The notes: generated by a model not told the origin, from the letters alone. A stretch of DNA of 64,000 bases from Pachysolen tannophilus NRRL Y-2460 (GCA_001661245.1 KV454015.1:794924-858923); one strand, 5' to 3'. Counted from the stretch's first letter, positions 1-12,147 are shown. Made by a program: numbers and translations.

Positions 1-523
1 GGTTCAACTTGTTATTAAAATCATTGATTGATATGGTTAATGAAGAAATCAATGATGACAAAGTATTTTTATCATTTTCTAAAGAAGTGAGTATATCAGA
101 ATTGTTATGTATTATCATATTGACTTCTTCCTGATTTATGAAATGATAAAGCGTTTTATTATGATCATCTATACCTTTAACTGATTTTAACTTATCCAAG
201 ATATTCTCCAACCTATTTTTAACCAAGTCTTCATTAATCCCATAATTCAGATTATAACTACCAGTAATCTCATCAAATAACTTATTCAAACTATCTTTCA
301 AAATATCCAACAATCTCAATTGTTGCCTTATCGAATCGATGTAGAATTGATAGCTATTATTATTCACCAAGAGATTAATCTTGAATACAGTAGCATTTAA
401 CAACTTGTTCGAGTTGTTACATATTATATTTGAGTTAGACAAGATCAACCTCGATTCCACTATTATCTTATTCTGTATAATATTGATCAATTCATCATCA
501 TTATATCTATTTGTCGTTGTCAT
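1..523 (-). CDS. ATG17: Autophagy scaffold protein Atg17, 5' part (runs off the window start)
   Basis: Read by hand from ATG at 523: MTTTNRYNDDELINIIQNKI...LENILDKLKSVKGIDDHNKTLYHFINQEEV. The KTLYxFI motif resembles Atg17. It is divergent from SPP382, as in S. cerevisiae. Not in the ORF track. Confidence 0.65.
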   Translation of the reverse strand, partial: MTTTNRYNDDELINIIQNKIIVESRLILSNSNIICNNSNKLLNATVFKINLLVNNNSYQFYIDSIRQQLRLLDILKDSLNKLFDEITGSYNLNYGINEDLVKNRLENILDKLKSVKGIDDHNKTLYHFINQEEVNMIIHNNSDILTSLENDKNTLSSLISSLTISINDFNNKLN

Positions 524-660
524 TCTAAGTCCTGTTTAAATTTATATGTAAATTTGTACGATTTAATAAATAATTTTAAGTACCTTTATATTTTTTTAAA
601 AAGGAAAAGAAGAAATCACATTTAGTAAAATATTAAATAATATTCTCATCTTTCAGTAGA

Positions 661-3333
661 ATGAGCCTGAATAAGAGGAAGAGAAATGTATTCATAAGAG
701 ACTTTAAACCAGATGAATTATTGAACAAGGTATTTAATAAGGATAACAATGGAATTGGAGAAGATGCTGAAACAATGGATACAGATTACAGCGACGATTC
801 AAGAGCTGATACGAAAACGACAAGGAATTTTGGGTTTGGACATCAGATGTTTGTTAAGCTGGGAGGATCAACTCCAAGTATGGTTAATGAACTGGACTCA
901 AACATGATGGGGACCATTGGGAACATGGGGAGTATGGGGAGTATGGCCAGTTTGCTGAATATGGCAAATCGTGATGACTATTATGAAGAAGAACATAACG
1001 ACAAAGACGACCAAGATAATGAGCCAAGTTTTGGTAATGCAACTAAGTTGATGGATTTTGTTAAGACTGATTTAGAGACACAGCCAGTTGAAAGAATAGT
1101 AACACCCAGAGATATAGTGCTAGATCTGGAACATGATGTTCCTGTAGATAGATCAGGAAAATACGGTATTGGTGCTAAGCTTTTACTGAAGATGGGTTAT
1201 AAGGAGGGCCAGGGTTTGGGTAAAAATGGTAAAGGTATTGTTGAGCCTATACAAACAAACCTAAGACCTCAAGGACTTGGTGTTGGTGGTGTTAAGGAAA
1301 AGAAAAATAAAGACAGAAAGCACGGGAAAGATGAGAATGTCACAGAGGATGATAGTATTGATTACGCTTCGAGTGATGATGATGAGTTTTCTGACTCAAA
1401 TTTAAAACATCAGAAAAAGAGCAACACACTGTACATTCCCGATTTGTTCACTGTCATTGATACTATGGAAAGTAATGGATTGAAGGTTCCGATAGTTTTC
1501 AAAGAAATATCTGATAACTATTACAATAATATGGACAAAGATCAGGTTGATAATGAGAAACAACCATTTATTCAATTGAAAAAACCAAATGATGATATCA
1601 TAGATGTTGATATTTCCAAATTAAGTTTACAATTGAATAATATCAATAGACTGTTTAAGGAGATTAGTGATAAAGAAGTTTATCAAAATTACCATCTATC
1701 ACAGTTAAATCTAATTATAAGTAAGAGCGAGAAGAACACCATGTTATTAGACTATATAATCAACAAATTTGAGGAGTATCAACACGATATTTCAAATGAT
1801 GATCAAAGCGTTAAATTGGAAAAACTTACTAACTTGTTGAAAGAATTTATGAATAATGTTGATATCATTACATGCGCCATGAGCCAACAAGATGATTTAG
1901 ATATAGAGAGAATTATAGTTTCCCTGTTAAAAGAACAATATGATGATATTGTTGAAAATTGGGATCCTTTAAATTTCGAATCGACTGAAGGATTAGTTGA
2001 CATTGTTTTATCATGGAAGGAAATATTATCTCCAGTTTTGTTGCAAAAGGGTAACAACGAAGTCCATCTAGACAATATAGATGAAGCCGAGTTGGGATAT
2101 TTTGATTCAATGTTAGTATATACTTTGTATTTCAAAGTGAAAGATTTTTTATCAAATAAATGGTCAGTTGAGCATCCGAACATTGGTTTAAATTTAATTT
2201 TAGAACTTGAAGAAATTTTACCAAGGAAAATTATCGATTTAATATATTCTGATGTAATAAAACCAAAATTTTTGAAAATTATTGAAGAATGGAGAGTTTC
2301 TGGGGATGACGAGAAGCTTTCACCAAGCTCTTGGTTGTTCGATTGGATTAATTATATTCCTTCTTCTTTGTTAAATCAAATAATATTAGAGGTTTTGAAA
2401 AAATACAATGATTACTTGAAAATTGAAGTGGATATTGATAAATTACTAATGATTGAGGATGAAGATACATTAGAGAATAAGCTAATGACGAGAGAATTGA
2501 ATAATTGGAAAGAAGTAATTGGAGAAAACGAGTTTGAGATGTTCATAATAAGGAGTTTTATGGAAAATGTTATAATCTATGTGAATTTTAATTTCAGTAT
2601 TACAAGACATGAGTATCTTCAAAAAATTGTCAAAATCATTAATATTTTGGGGAAAAATTTTGGTTTAAACAATACTTTAATTGATAAATTTATTAATTTA
2701 ACGGTGATACAAAAATTTTATTCCAAGATTTATGCAGAATTAATTAATAATAAAAATATAAATTTTGAAACTATTTCTAATATATTGCAAATCTGGAATT
2801 CTTCATTTTATCTGTTTATGGAATCTTTGAAATGTGTTAAAATAACTTTTTTAAAAATATTGGATTTAGTGAATTTTATAATGGATACAAGGCAAAAATA
2901 CAAAGTTGTTCCTAAAATGTTTTCTCCTGTTCCAGAAAAATCCACATTTCAAATAATTAAAGAGTTGGAGAACTGTACTTCTTTAAGATTGAAACATACT
3001 CAACAGAAGCAACCATCTCAAGATTTTGATGAAGAAAACAATGTCAATGGCATACCGGCATCTAAACTCACTGTTAGTTTCAAAGATGTTGTACAAGATT
3101 ATTGCTCTAGAAACAATATGTTTTTGTTACCTTTAAAGACACATTCAATAAATGGATTTCCAATGTATAAAATTTCTAAAAGCGTCAAAGGTTCCAATGC
3201 TTTATATTGTTATATATTTGAAGATGTATTATATATTACACAAGGTGTTGAAAAAGGTGTTCCTAATGATATCGATCAAGATACATATGAACCTATTGCG
3301 TTGGAAGAGTTGGATAAGAGAGTTCCTAACTAA
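661..3333 (+). CDS. SPP382: G-patch spliceosome disassembly factor Spp382/Ntr1 (TFIP11 family)
   Basis: G-patch YGIGAKLL(CTG)KMGYKEGQGLGKNGKGIVEPI; C-terminal SFKDVVQDYC motif; 890 aa. Confidence 0.85.
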   Translation: MSLNKRKRNVFIRDFKPDELLNKVFNKDNNGIGEDAETMDTDYSDDSRADTKTTRNFGFGHQMFVKLGGSTPSMVNELDSNMMGTIGNMGSMGSMASLLNMANRDDYYEEEHNDKDDQDNEPSFGNATKLMDFVKTDLETQPVERIVTPRDIVLDLEHDVPVDRSGKYGIGAKLLLKMGYKEGQGLGKNGKGIVEPIQTNLRPQGLGVGGVKEKKNKDRKHGKDENVTEDDSIDYASSDDDEFSDSNLKHQKKSNTLYIPDLFTVIDTMESNGLKVPIVFKEISDNYYNNMDKDQVDNEKQPFIQLKKPNDDIIDVDISKLSLQLNNINRLFKEISDKEVYQNYHLSQLNLIISKSEKNTMLLDYIINKFEEYQHDISNDDQSVKLEKLTNLLKEFMNNVDIITCAMSQQDDLDIERIIVSLLKEQYDDIVENWDPLNFESTEGLVDIVLSWKEILSPVLLQKGNNEVHLDNIDEAELGYFDSMLVYTLYFKVKDFLSNKWSVEHPNIGLNLILELEEILPRKIIDLIYSDVIKPKFLKIIEEWRVSGDDEKLSPSSWLFDWINYIPSSLLNQIILEVLKKYNDYLKIEVDIDKLLMIEDEDTLENKLMTRELNNWKEVIGENEFEMFIIRSFMENVIIYVNFNFSITRHEYLQKIVKIINILGKNFGLNNTLIDKFINLTVIQKFYSKIYAELINNKNINFETISNILQIWNSSFYLFMESLKCVKITFLKILDLVNFIMDTRQKYKVVPKMFSPVPEKSTFQIIKELENCTSLRLKHTQQKQPSQDFDEENNVNGIPASKLTVSFKDVVQDYCSRNNMFLLPLKTHSINGFPMYKISKSVKGSNALYCYIFEDVLYITQGVEKGVPNDIDQDTYEPIALEELDKRVPN

Positions 3334-3910
3334 ACGTTATTTTGTAAATATACTGTATTATATATATTAATTAATGTAATGACTATTATTTTTTTTTTTT
3401 TTTTTTGTTTTTNNNNNNNNNNNNNNNNNNNNNNNNNNNNNNNNNNNNNNNNNNNNNNNNNNNNNNNNNNNNNNNNNNNNNNNNNNNNNNNNNNNNNNNN
3501 NNNNNNNNNNNNNNNNNNNNNNNNNNNNNNNNNNNNNNNNNNNNNNNNNNNNNNNNNNNNNNNNNNNNNNNNNNNNNNNNNNNNNNNNNNNNNNNNNNNN
3601 NNNNNNNNNNNNNNNNNNNNNNNNNNNNNNNNNNNNNNNNNNNNNNNNNNNNNNNNNNTTTTTTTTNTTTTTTTTTTTTTTGGTAAATTAGTATACATTC
3701 AACAAGTATGAAAAAAATAATAATAGAATTAATGTCATTAACTTATCTATCTTCCTTTCTTTTTTTTTTTTTATTATTTGAATTCCTTTTAACTATAGAC
3801 AAGAGACTTCTTTTTTTTCTTTTTTTTTCTATTTTTTTTAAGAAAGAGATTTGAGATGGAAGAAGCAAAAACTTTAGAATAAATATGTCTAAATTTTGTT
3901 AAAACTAATT

Positions 3911-4693
3911 TCAACTTTGTTCTTTAGATTCATCTTTCAGTATTTCAGTAGAGAATTCCTCAATATTAACAGATGATTCATTTTTGTTAATTTTAGTAAT
4001 ATTAACATCTTCAACAATAAAATCGCCTTTATCATTTTCAAATACTTCAACGAATTCGGCATTTTCCGGTTTATCTCCATTTCCATTTAATTTTTCAACT
4101 TCTTCTTCTTTGTCGTTTTTAATTTCACTTGAAGGAGTAGTTGTTGCAGCGTTTAAAGTTTCTTCATCTTCATCTCTCAACTCTTCACTATATACTTCTG
4201 GATATTTTCTAAAACAATTTTGCATATTTTTAAATTTTTCAATACAATCAATACCTTTTGGATCTGCTTCGGAGTAAACAAAACAAGCAAATGCCAGCTT
4301 GAATTCTTCACCACAAGGACCATGAGCCATACCGCCTAAACATGGACAATCCCAATTAATTTCTCCAGTTTCTGGATTATATGCAGCAGCTTGACTATGA
4401 TCTTCCTCATTCACAGAATCTTCAGATGAAGTTTTTGGAGTAGAAATCTCCTTATCTGTAGCTTCTTTTGGTAATTCCTTCCCTTCAGCATCAGACGAAA
4501 TAAAATCTGAATTTAAAAGATAACTAGATGAAACTGTAAAAGAAGTTATACCTAAAGCTAATAACATCCATTTTCTATTAATGTTCTTGCTGCGGCTTTC
4601 CAAATTTAAATTTGAATTTGTATATAATCTTCTTGGTACCACTGAAGAACGGTTTAAAGTACCTAAATTCTTGACAAAAATTCTTCTAAACAT
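3911..4693 (-). CDS. MIA40: Mitochondrial intermembrane-space import oxidoreductase Mia40
   Basis: CPC plus twin CX9C motif ([21 protein letters not shown]...CF...[14 protein letters not shown]). The first ATG at 4693 gives a presequence-like [10 protein letters not shown] followed by a hydrophobic anchor. Confidence 0.95.
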   Translation of the reverse strand: MFRRIFVKNLGTLNRSSVVPRRLYTNSNLNLESRSKNINRKWMLLALGITSFTVSSSYLLNSDFISSDAEGKELPKEATDKEISTPKTSSEDSVNEEDHSQAAAYNPETGEINWDCPCLGGMAHGPCGEEFKLAFACFVYSEADPKGIDCIEKFKNMQNCFRKYPEVYSEELRDEDEETLNAATTTPSSEIKNDKEEEVEKLNGNGDKPENAEFVEVFENDKGDFIVEDVNITKINKNESSVNIEEFSTEILKDESKEQS

Positions 4694-5152
4694 AACTGAA
4701 AAAAAAAAAAACAATCTATTCTTATCTTTCAACTTAACTAACTTATGATTTTACTCAAATAAAAATAGCTAGCAACTCTCTTTTAATACCATTGATATGG
4801 ATGACAAATTTTTATTTTGAAAAATTTCTTATAAATTTCTTACACCGGGAAAAAAAATTGAGAAAAAAAAAAAAAAAAAATCCAAAAAATCCAAAAAATT
4901 GAAAAGTCGTGCTGCTGAAAACCAAACTCCCAATGAGGAAATTTGTTTATTTTTCAAGAAAAATTAAAAAAAATTGAAATTAATCTTTCTTTCTATTTAT
5001 CTATATCTATTTTAGCTTTATATATATAATAACTACAATTTATAAAAGATGAGAAAGATTTAGCTATTTTTTTTATTAATCAATCTATTTATCTAATCAT
5101 CTATCTAATTATGGATACTTTTTCTAATTTTTCTATTTGTTGTTGTTGTTGT

Positions 5153-5830
5153 TTAACAGCAGTTATATTTTTTTTGTACACTATTATTACTGTTATCGGT
5201 TGTAATATCTATATTATCAAAAGTTAATAATGTAGTATTTTCATTTAATTTCTTTAATCCCAATTCACTAACTCTTAAAAATAATTTTTCAACATCTATA
5301 TAATTTTTAGCACTAATCTCTATTATATCTTGATTTATATCATCAATTAAATTACTTAAATTAAGATTTGAAAAACCAAATTCTCTAGCTTGTCTTAATG
5401 AAACTTGTCGTAAATCTATCTTATCCAATTTATTTCCAACAATCATAATACTAGGTGTTGCAACATGACAATTTTCTAAAAAATTTTGAATCCATTTATT
5501 AAGATTATGGAAACTATTTGAATTTGTTATATCATGTACAACAATAGCTATATCTGAACCTCTATAAAAAGTTCTACTAATTGAATTAAACCTTTCTTGC
5601 CCAGCAGTATCCCATATTTGTAAAATAGTATCATTCACCTTTGTTGTTAAATAATCTCCTCCTATTGTTGCCTTATACGCATTAGAAAAAAGATGATGAA
5701 TATATTGACTTCTAATTGAAGTTTTACCAACTGAGGCGTCTCCTAAAAGTATCACTTTTATTATTCTATTACTACCACCATTATTACCACTACCGCCATT
5801 GGATCCCGGTACTGAACTTTGGTTTGACAT
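5153..5830 (-). CDS. Rab GTPase, divergent Ypt7/Rab7-like
   Basis: GDASVGKTS, YKATIGGDYL, WDTAGQERF, NKLD and SAK motifs; C-terminal CC prenylation signal. Confidence 0.85.
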   Translation of the reverse strand: MSNQSSVPGSNGGSGNNGGSNRIIKVILLGDASVGKTSIRSQYIHHLFSNAYKATIGGDYLTTKVNDTILQIWDTAGQERFNSISRTFYRGSDIAIVVHDITNSNSFHNLNKWIQNFLENCHVATPSIMIVGNKLDKIDLRQVSLRQAREFGFSNLNLSNLIDDINQDIIEISAKNYIDVEKLFLRVSELGLKKLNENTTLLTFDNIDITTDNSNNSVQKKYNCC

Positions 5831-6140
5831 CTACCAAACTCCAGAACACAATTCCCCAAATCTCTTTAGGTCTTTTTCTTTATCTCTCTTCGTCTTTAAT
5901 AGCTAATCGTCCAATTTACCATCATCATTTTGAGATTAATCTAGAAATTTAAACGGTCGTGCGAATTTCATTACCAAAATTTTATAAGTGAAACAACAAC
6001 ACACATTTAGAATTGAATCAAATATCAAAACTATATATAATTAAAAAACAATTAAAAAAAAAAGAAGACTTATTTGTATCAGGAAAAGCTAATCTTTAGG
6101 GGGGGGATAAAATAAAATAAAATAAAATAATAAAGAAAAA

Positions 6141-6951
6141 ATGAAGATATTTTATATTGGTATTCTTAGAAATCAAAAGGGAACAAAGACTATTGAGTTA
6201 TCATCGGCAAGAGATGTTTCTTCTTTTAGTTTTTTTGAAAGAGCAAGGTAAGATTCTTTTATCCATTTACTATATTTTATTTTATATTTTAATGGTTTAA
6301 CCGCCACTTGAAAAAATATTTGTTTGAAACTAACAATTGTTTATATTTACTTTTTAGTGTTAACCAATTCATGACTTTTTTCGCTGAAACAGTTGCTGGT
6401 CGTACTGAACCAGGTCAAAGACAAAGTGTTGAAGAAGGTCAAAGTAAGTTGCTATTTTTTTTTATTTATTTATTTATTTATTTTAGATGAAATATAATTA
6501 TATACTAACAAGATTCTTTTTTTTTTTTTCTTCAGCTTATGTTGGTCATATTTATGCTCGTCAGGAAGGTGTTGCTGCTTTCATAATCACAGATAAGGAA
6601 TACCCTGCTAGACCTGCTCATTCACTTTTAAATAAAATCCTTGAAGAATATCTTTCACTTCATCCACCTAGTGAATGGTTATCAGTTGAAACAAGTTCAG
6701 CATCATTAGAATTCCCAGATTTAAATAATTATTTATCAAAATATCAAGATCCTTCACAAGCAGACTCTATTTTAAAAGTTCAAAGGGAATTGGATGATAC
6801 AAAAATTGTTTTGCATAAAACAATCGAAAGTGTTTTGCAAAGAGGGGAAAAGTTGGATGCATTGGTTGATAAGTCTGAAGCATTAAGTTCAAGTTCAAGG
6901 ATGTTCTATAAACAGGCAAAGAAGACTAATTCTTGTTGTGTTATTATGTAA
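6141..6951 (+). CDS. YKT6: R-SNARE Ykt6, 3 exons (6141-6247, 6358-6443, 6536-6951)
   Basis: Introns 6248-6357 (GTAAGA..AACTAAC..TAG) and 6444-6535 (GTAAGT..TACTAAC..CAG) join in frame to give [10 protein letters not shown]...[14 protein letters not shown]...EEGQTYVGHIY...; C-terminal CCVIM. Confidence 0.93.
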
Positions 6952-7363
6952 AAAAGAGAGAAAAAGGGAAATTGGAAGAAATTAGTGTAAGTTTATTTAT
7001 ATAATTAATAAAGATATCTTTTTATTATTATTTTTTTTCTTTTTTTTTTTTTTCTATATATATATATTTTCTTCTTAATCTCTGTTTCTTCTTTTTTTTT
7101 TAATCTTAATTAAACGCTACATGATGATGGTGCTTTGGATTTGCTCTATTTTCTGATTTTATATTGTGATAGTTTTGTTTTTTTTTTTTTTTTGCTCTTT
7201 CTTGTTTTTTTGTTCGTATATAATATTTCCATAAGAAAACGATATTGCTTTAATAATATATAATTTTTCACTTTTTAATAATTATTTTCATTGGAAATAA
7301 ATACTTTTGTTTAAATATATTGATGTATAAATATAAAGAAAATACATATAAATAATTGGTAAT

Positions 7364-8871
7364 TCATAATTTTGGTTTAAAATTGGATGAACCTAATGGT
7401 TCATAAACGCTATTGAATAAATAATCATTTGGAATGGTTCTTTTACCAGTTCCTTTAATATTGACAAAACTTTCATTTAAATCATCAATCTTGGTAGCAC
7501 CAATTAATCTCATGTTCATTTCAAGTTCATCTCTTAAAATATCAAACAGTTTTTCAACACCTTCTTGACCATAAGTAGACATTGCATATAGAAATGGTCT
7601 ACCAATACCAACACCATTACAACCAAGACTTAACAGTTTCATAATATCAGTAGCTCTTCTAATACCACCATCAACAAAAATTAGGAATTTTTCCTTATTA
7701 TATAAATTTTTTCTTTTAATATTGGAACAATTTCTGCTAAAACTTCTACAGGTGCAGGTGCAAATTCCAATTGCCTACCACCATGGTTTGAAATTACAAT
7801 ACCACTACAACCAATTTCTGCTGCTCTCACGGCATCTTCCCAACGTTGTACACCTTTTAATATAATTGGCATTTTCGTTATAGATTGAAACCATTTGATA
7901 TCTTCCCAATTTAAAGATGTATCAATAAATGAAGAAATTGCTCTTGCTGCACCTTGATTTCTATCAATTTGTTTTGATTCTTTTTCATTAATTTTTTGAA
8001 CGTTAGAGTCTTGATCAGATGAAAATTTACTTCTCATATCTTTTTCTCTTCTTCCTAATGCAGGTGCATCAACTGTAATAAATAATCCTTTAATACCTCT
8101 TTCCTCTGCATGTCTAACAATTCTTTCGGTAACTTTTCTATCTGAATTAACATATAGTTGAAACCATTGATTTTGCCCATCAATAGCTTCATCTGCAATT
8201 TCATCAAATGAAAAAGAAGCCAATGTTGGAATCATTTGTATAATTCCAGAAGTACCACATGCTCTAGTTAAGATTTTTTCACCATCAGCATGACCTAATT
8301 TTCCCAATGCTGTAGCAGTTACATAAAATGGTAATTTAGAAGGACAACCTAACATTGTTGTTGATAAATCCACATTTGATACATTAATCAAAATTCTTGG
8401 TCTGAAAAAAATTTGTTGATAAGCCAAATGATTTTCTCTAAGTGTAATTTCATCATCAGCACCAGAACTATAATAAGCCCATCCATTATTAGTCATTATC
8501 TGTCTTGCAACCAATTCAAAATCAAACAAATTCAAAATCTTGGATAAATCAGGCTTTAAACTAATCAATTCTTGTCTTTTGATTTCTTCTTCAGTCTGTT
8601 CATCTTCTTCATCAGCGTCATCCGGTGCAACCAGTTCCATATCCCCTTCAACGTCACCCAAATGATTTTCTTCAGCTAAATGATCAACCATATCTCTCGG
8701 ATGAACCACATCAAACGCCTTAGTTGCATCTCGACCAGCATATTTCAAAATTATATCTTTACCACCTGGATGTTCATCTAAAAAATCAGTAACATTATAT
8801 GCCTTACCATGAATTATAATCCAGCAATCTTCTTCATTATCATGCGTCTTAACTTCTTCTACCGTAGGCAT
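7364..8871 (-). CDS. Flavocytochrome b2-like protein (cytochrome b5 domain plus FMN alpha-hydroxy-acid dehydrogenase); apparent 1-nt frameshift at about 7706-7711
   Basis: HPGG heme motif, SNHGGRQL and GIGRPFLY. Adding one A to the A6 run restores LKEKNLYNKEKFLIFVDGGIRRATDIMK and joins ORFs 7681-8871 and 7364-7642. Confidence 0.88.
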
Positions 8872-9379
8872 ATTTAAGAGAAAAAAAAAAATACTAAAAG
8901 CTCAATAACTATGAATCAACAAAAAAAGACAAAGATAGAAAAAAAGAAAACCAAAGAGAGAAATATCTTTTAAGTAGAATTAGACATGTATAAAATATAT
9001 ATAATATATAATATACATATATATATATATATATGATTTCCAATATTAAATTGGTGATTGGAGTATTTCAGATCATCACTACTAGATTCCACTTTATCTC
9101 TCGCGGAAGATAGCAAAGGTGCTTTGGGGGTGATTCCGCTGAAGCGAGGGAAGAGAAACGATTACAAAGGGGAAGAAAATGTGGATAGAACCAAGGGCGG
9201 TGCTGCGTGAGAGCCTAAAGAAAAGTAAAAAAAAAAGCAAGAATTAAAAAGTGGGGAGAAAAGGGCTGTTTATTACGTTACTGGATATCATAAAAAAATG
9301 ATATCAAGGGCTGGCGGAATACTACGAATAAACAAACAAATCAATCAAACAAACAAAGAATCAAATAAATAAACAAACC

Positions 9380-9415
<36 letters not shown>
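9380..9415. repeat. (GATA)9 microsatellite
   Basis: Direct reading of the sequence. Confidence 0.9.
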
Positions 9416-9417
<2 letters not shown>

Positions 9418-9738
9418 CGTGTAAAATAAATCAAAAAATATAAAATAAGAAAAAAGATAATAAAAAAGTAAAATCAAATAATAACAGTATTAATAGTAAG
9501 TAATAAAAACACAAACAAACAGATATATGTATGTATAATGAATGATAATAAGATATAAATATCAACAGAGATGTTGTAAACATAAAAGCAAAAACCAAAT
9601 GTAAATTCTTTTTTTTTTTTTTTATTTTATTGTATTTTGTTTTATTTTATTTTATTTTTTATTTTTTTATTTTTTTTTTTGGTCTTTGATTTTATTTTTT
9701 CTTTTTCTTTTTCATGTTTTTTTTTATTCAAAAGTTTT

Positions 9739-10983
9739 TCAAGTTCTTTCTTCTTCTTTTGTGGATTTTTTAATTTGTTTTAGCTCTCCTTTTTCTTCAC
9801 TGTCTTCACTATCACTTCTAACGTCTTCAGCACCGTCACCAGTGATGACTCTGTATGCAACTTTTAAGATTAAAAACATCCAGATTATAGCAACGATTTG
9901 TAAACAACCCAATAAAATCAAAAATATGTCAATACTTCTGTCTGTATAGCACCTTTTTGGAATGATTCCTCTTGCTAACACATCTCTACAATTATAATCC
10001 ATTAATATTCTTGCCTTTGACCAAGCATGGTAAAATAAATAGTTGTAAGCAATATGTCTCAAGAGTATCCAACTGATTAAAAAGACAACAAACAGCAGGT
10101 CACATACAGTTGTGTATCCACAATATTTCAACATTTTCAGGAGCGATAAAAAGACATCAACCACATCCATTAATACAAGTATAATATGACCTATTCTAGT
10201 AAAATAATAATAATATGAACCAATAATCAACAGACAAGTAATGATATGATGAGAAAACATATGGATATAATCTTTTCTCTTTTCTTCAATATTTAATACA
10301 AAAATTTGTTGAAGCCAACATGACATTTGAACCAAATAATAACATTTAAATGAAAAAGAAAGTTTATCATGTGGCCATCCAACATATATATTATCACATT
10401 GGAAAAAATAATCGGAATGATAATAGAGATAATATCCATATGACCAAGACACCCCATAATAAAACAAAGACCAACCTTGTTCTTTAAATCTTTGAACAGC
10501 TTTTGGTCTAACAATATGGAAAATTTGAATAGCTATTGGTCCTAACATATAACTCATGAAAAAAGATCTTAAAAAAATTAAAATTATAACCCAATTAAAA
10601 ACAAAATAAGAATCATCAATACCAATATCATAATATTCAGAACCTGGTATCTTATATTGTAATTTGAAAAATTTGTTTAAAAATGGTTCAAATATTGAAA
10701 TTTGGTTCAACAAATGTAATATAGCATATGTTAATACAGTTAATTTCATGTGATGCCTGCTGATGAACCCTATTATAGAATCACGTTTTCCATTATCCGT
10801 AGATGTATTCTTAGTTTTAGTACCGTGCCTGGAACCTTTGCCGGTTTTCGATTTCACTCTATTTATATTAGCAGCAGCATTAGAAGTTGCAGCAGCTTCA
10901 ATAGATGAAGACCTTTTCAACAATTTTGCAAACTTAGCATTGGAGTCTATTGACGATGCAGAAGAAAGTGAAGAAGATGACAT
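9739..10983 (-). CDS. Ceramide synthase, Lag1/Lac1 (TLC) family, resembling the Bar1/BarA subgroup
   Basis: Lag1 motif RKDYIHMFSHHIITC...MDVVDVFL and C-terminal DVRSDSED. The real ATG is at 10983; the track's upstream extension is a TA repeat. Confidence 0.88.
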   Translation of the reverse strand: MSSSSLSSASSIDSNAKFAKLLKRSSSIEAAATSNAAANINRVKSKTGKGSRHGTKTKNTSTDNGKRDSIIGFISRHHMKLTVLTYAILHLLNQISIFEPFLNKFFKLQYKIPGSEYYDIGIDDSYFVFNWVIILIFLRSFFMSYMLGPIAIQIFHIVRPKAVQRFKEQGWSLFYYGVSWSYGYYLYYHSDYFFQCDNIYVGWPHDKLSFSFKCYYLVQMSCWLQQIFVLNIEEKRKDYIHMFSHHIITCLLIIGSYYYYFTRIGHIILVLMDVVDVFLSLLKMLKYCGYTTVCDLLFVVFLISWILLRHIAYNYLFYHAWSKARILMDYNCRDVLARGIIPKRCYTDRSIDIFLILLGCLQIVAIIWMFLILKVAYRVITGDGAEDVRSDSEDSEEKGELKQIKKSTKEEERT

Positions 10984-10988
10984 GACTG

Positions 10989-11020
<32 letters not shown>

Positions 11021-11749
11021 GTATGTTTATATATATATATATATATGAACTCTAATTCTAAATTATTTTGTATAGTAAACAAATGTGTAATACTTGAACA
11101 ATGATGTCACAAATTTATAATAGCACAGAACGAATGTCAATTATTATACCTCAATCTAAAGTTACAATTACAGATACAAATATGCTTCTATTTTTGGTCC
11201 AATTTTGTTTCAAACTTTTTTGTCCTGAGTACTTTCTTTCCACCACTTCTTTGAAAATTCTTGTTTTTATACGAAGATTTTTGAGTCAGAAAAAAATGAA
11301 AGACTAATACAGAAACGTAAAGCAAAAAAAAATGAAAAAAAGAATTAAAAGAGTGAATACCCAATTGAGTAAAACAAGTTCCTGCCCAATCAAAGTGAAA
11401 AATCTAATAAAAAGTTCTTAAGTATTGTCTATATGTTGTTGTTTTTTTTTGTCTAAACGTGTCGACTTTTGTATTTGTATATATTTTGCCTGAACTTTTT
11501 TTTTTTTTTTATTTTTTAAAGAAAACACATATAGCTTAAAAGAATCGATTTCATCTTCGCTCATGATGAAAAAAAAAAAATAAAAAAATTTTTTGAATTT
11601 CACCAGACCACATTTTGTAAATATGACACGACCTGGCTGTATACTAGTAAATGCCAAGATTGATCTTGATTACTTTAGTCAAAAAGTGTTGGTGTGTATG
11701 TTGGTAGCGGGTTTATAGTGCTTCTGCTGCTACTACTACTATGATTGTG

Positions 11750-12105
11750 CTACTGCTGTTTTTCTGAACTTAAACCCATCAATAATTGATTAATTGCCTT
11801 TCGCACAGTGTACTCATCGTAGCTGTTCCATTGTTCATAAAGTGTTAGTAGCTCCTGTATACTTTCTATCATTTCATTAAAGTCAATATTTGATACTGCT
11901 AAAAACTTGTTAAAATTCTCCAATCTTTCCTTATTACCATTGTTTCGTAAAACTATTGTCATATATATGCTTGTAATCGATATTATATGTGGTGGGAATA
12001 ACAAATTTAAATCTGTTATATAGCTATCATTAATTACTGACCAACAAATTTGTAATTCTTCTCCACTTAATCTTACTTCATGATTACTATTAGCGCTATT
12101 AGTAC

Positions 12106-12147
<42 letters not shown>

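Noticed and set aside
4694..4790. Poly-T plus CAG just upstream of the MIA40 ATG, resembling a 3' splice site
   Set aside because: No convincing branch point or donor found upstream.
10984..11082. N-terminal YIYIYI extension of the ceramide synthase ORF, and similar upstream extensions of UTP25, MIA40 and RPS15
   Set aside because: Produced by TA repeats, promoter or intron sequence and non-ATG starts; better starts or exons were identified.
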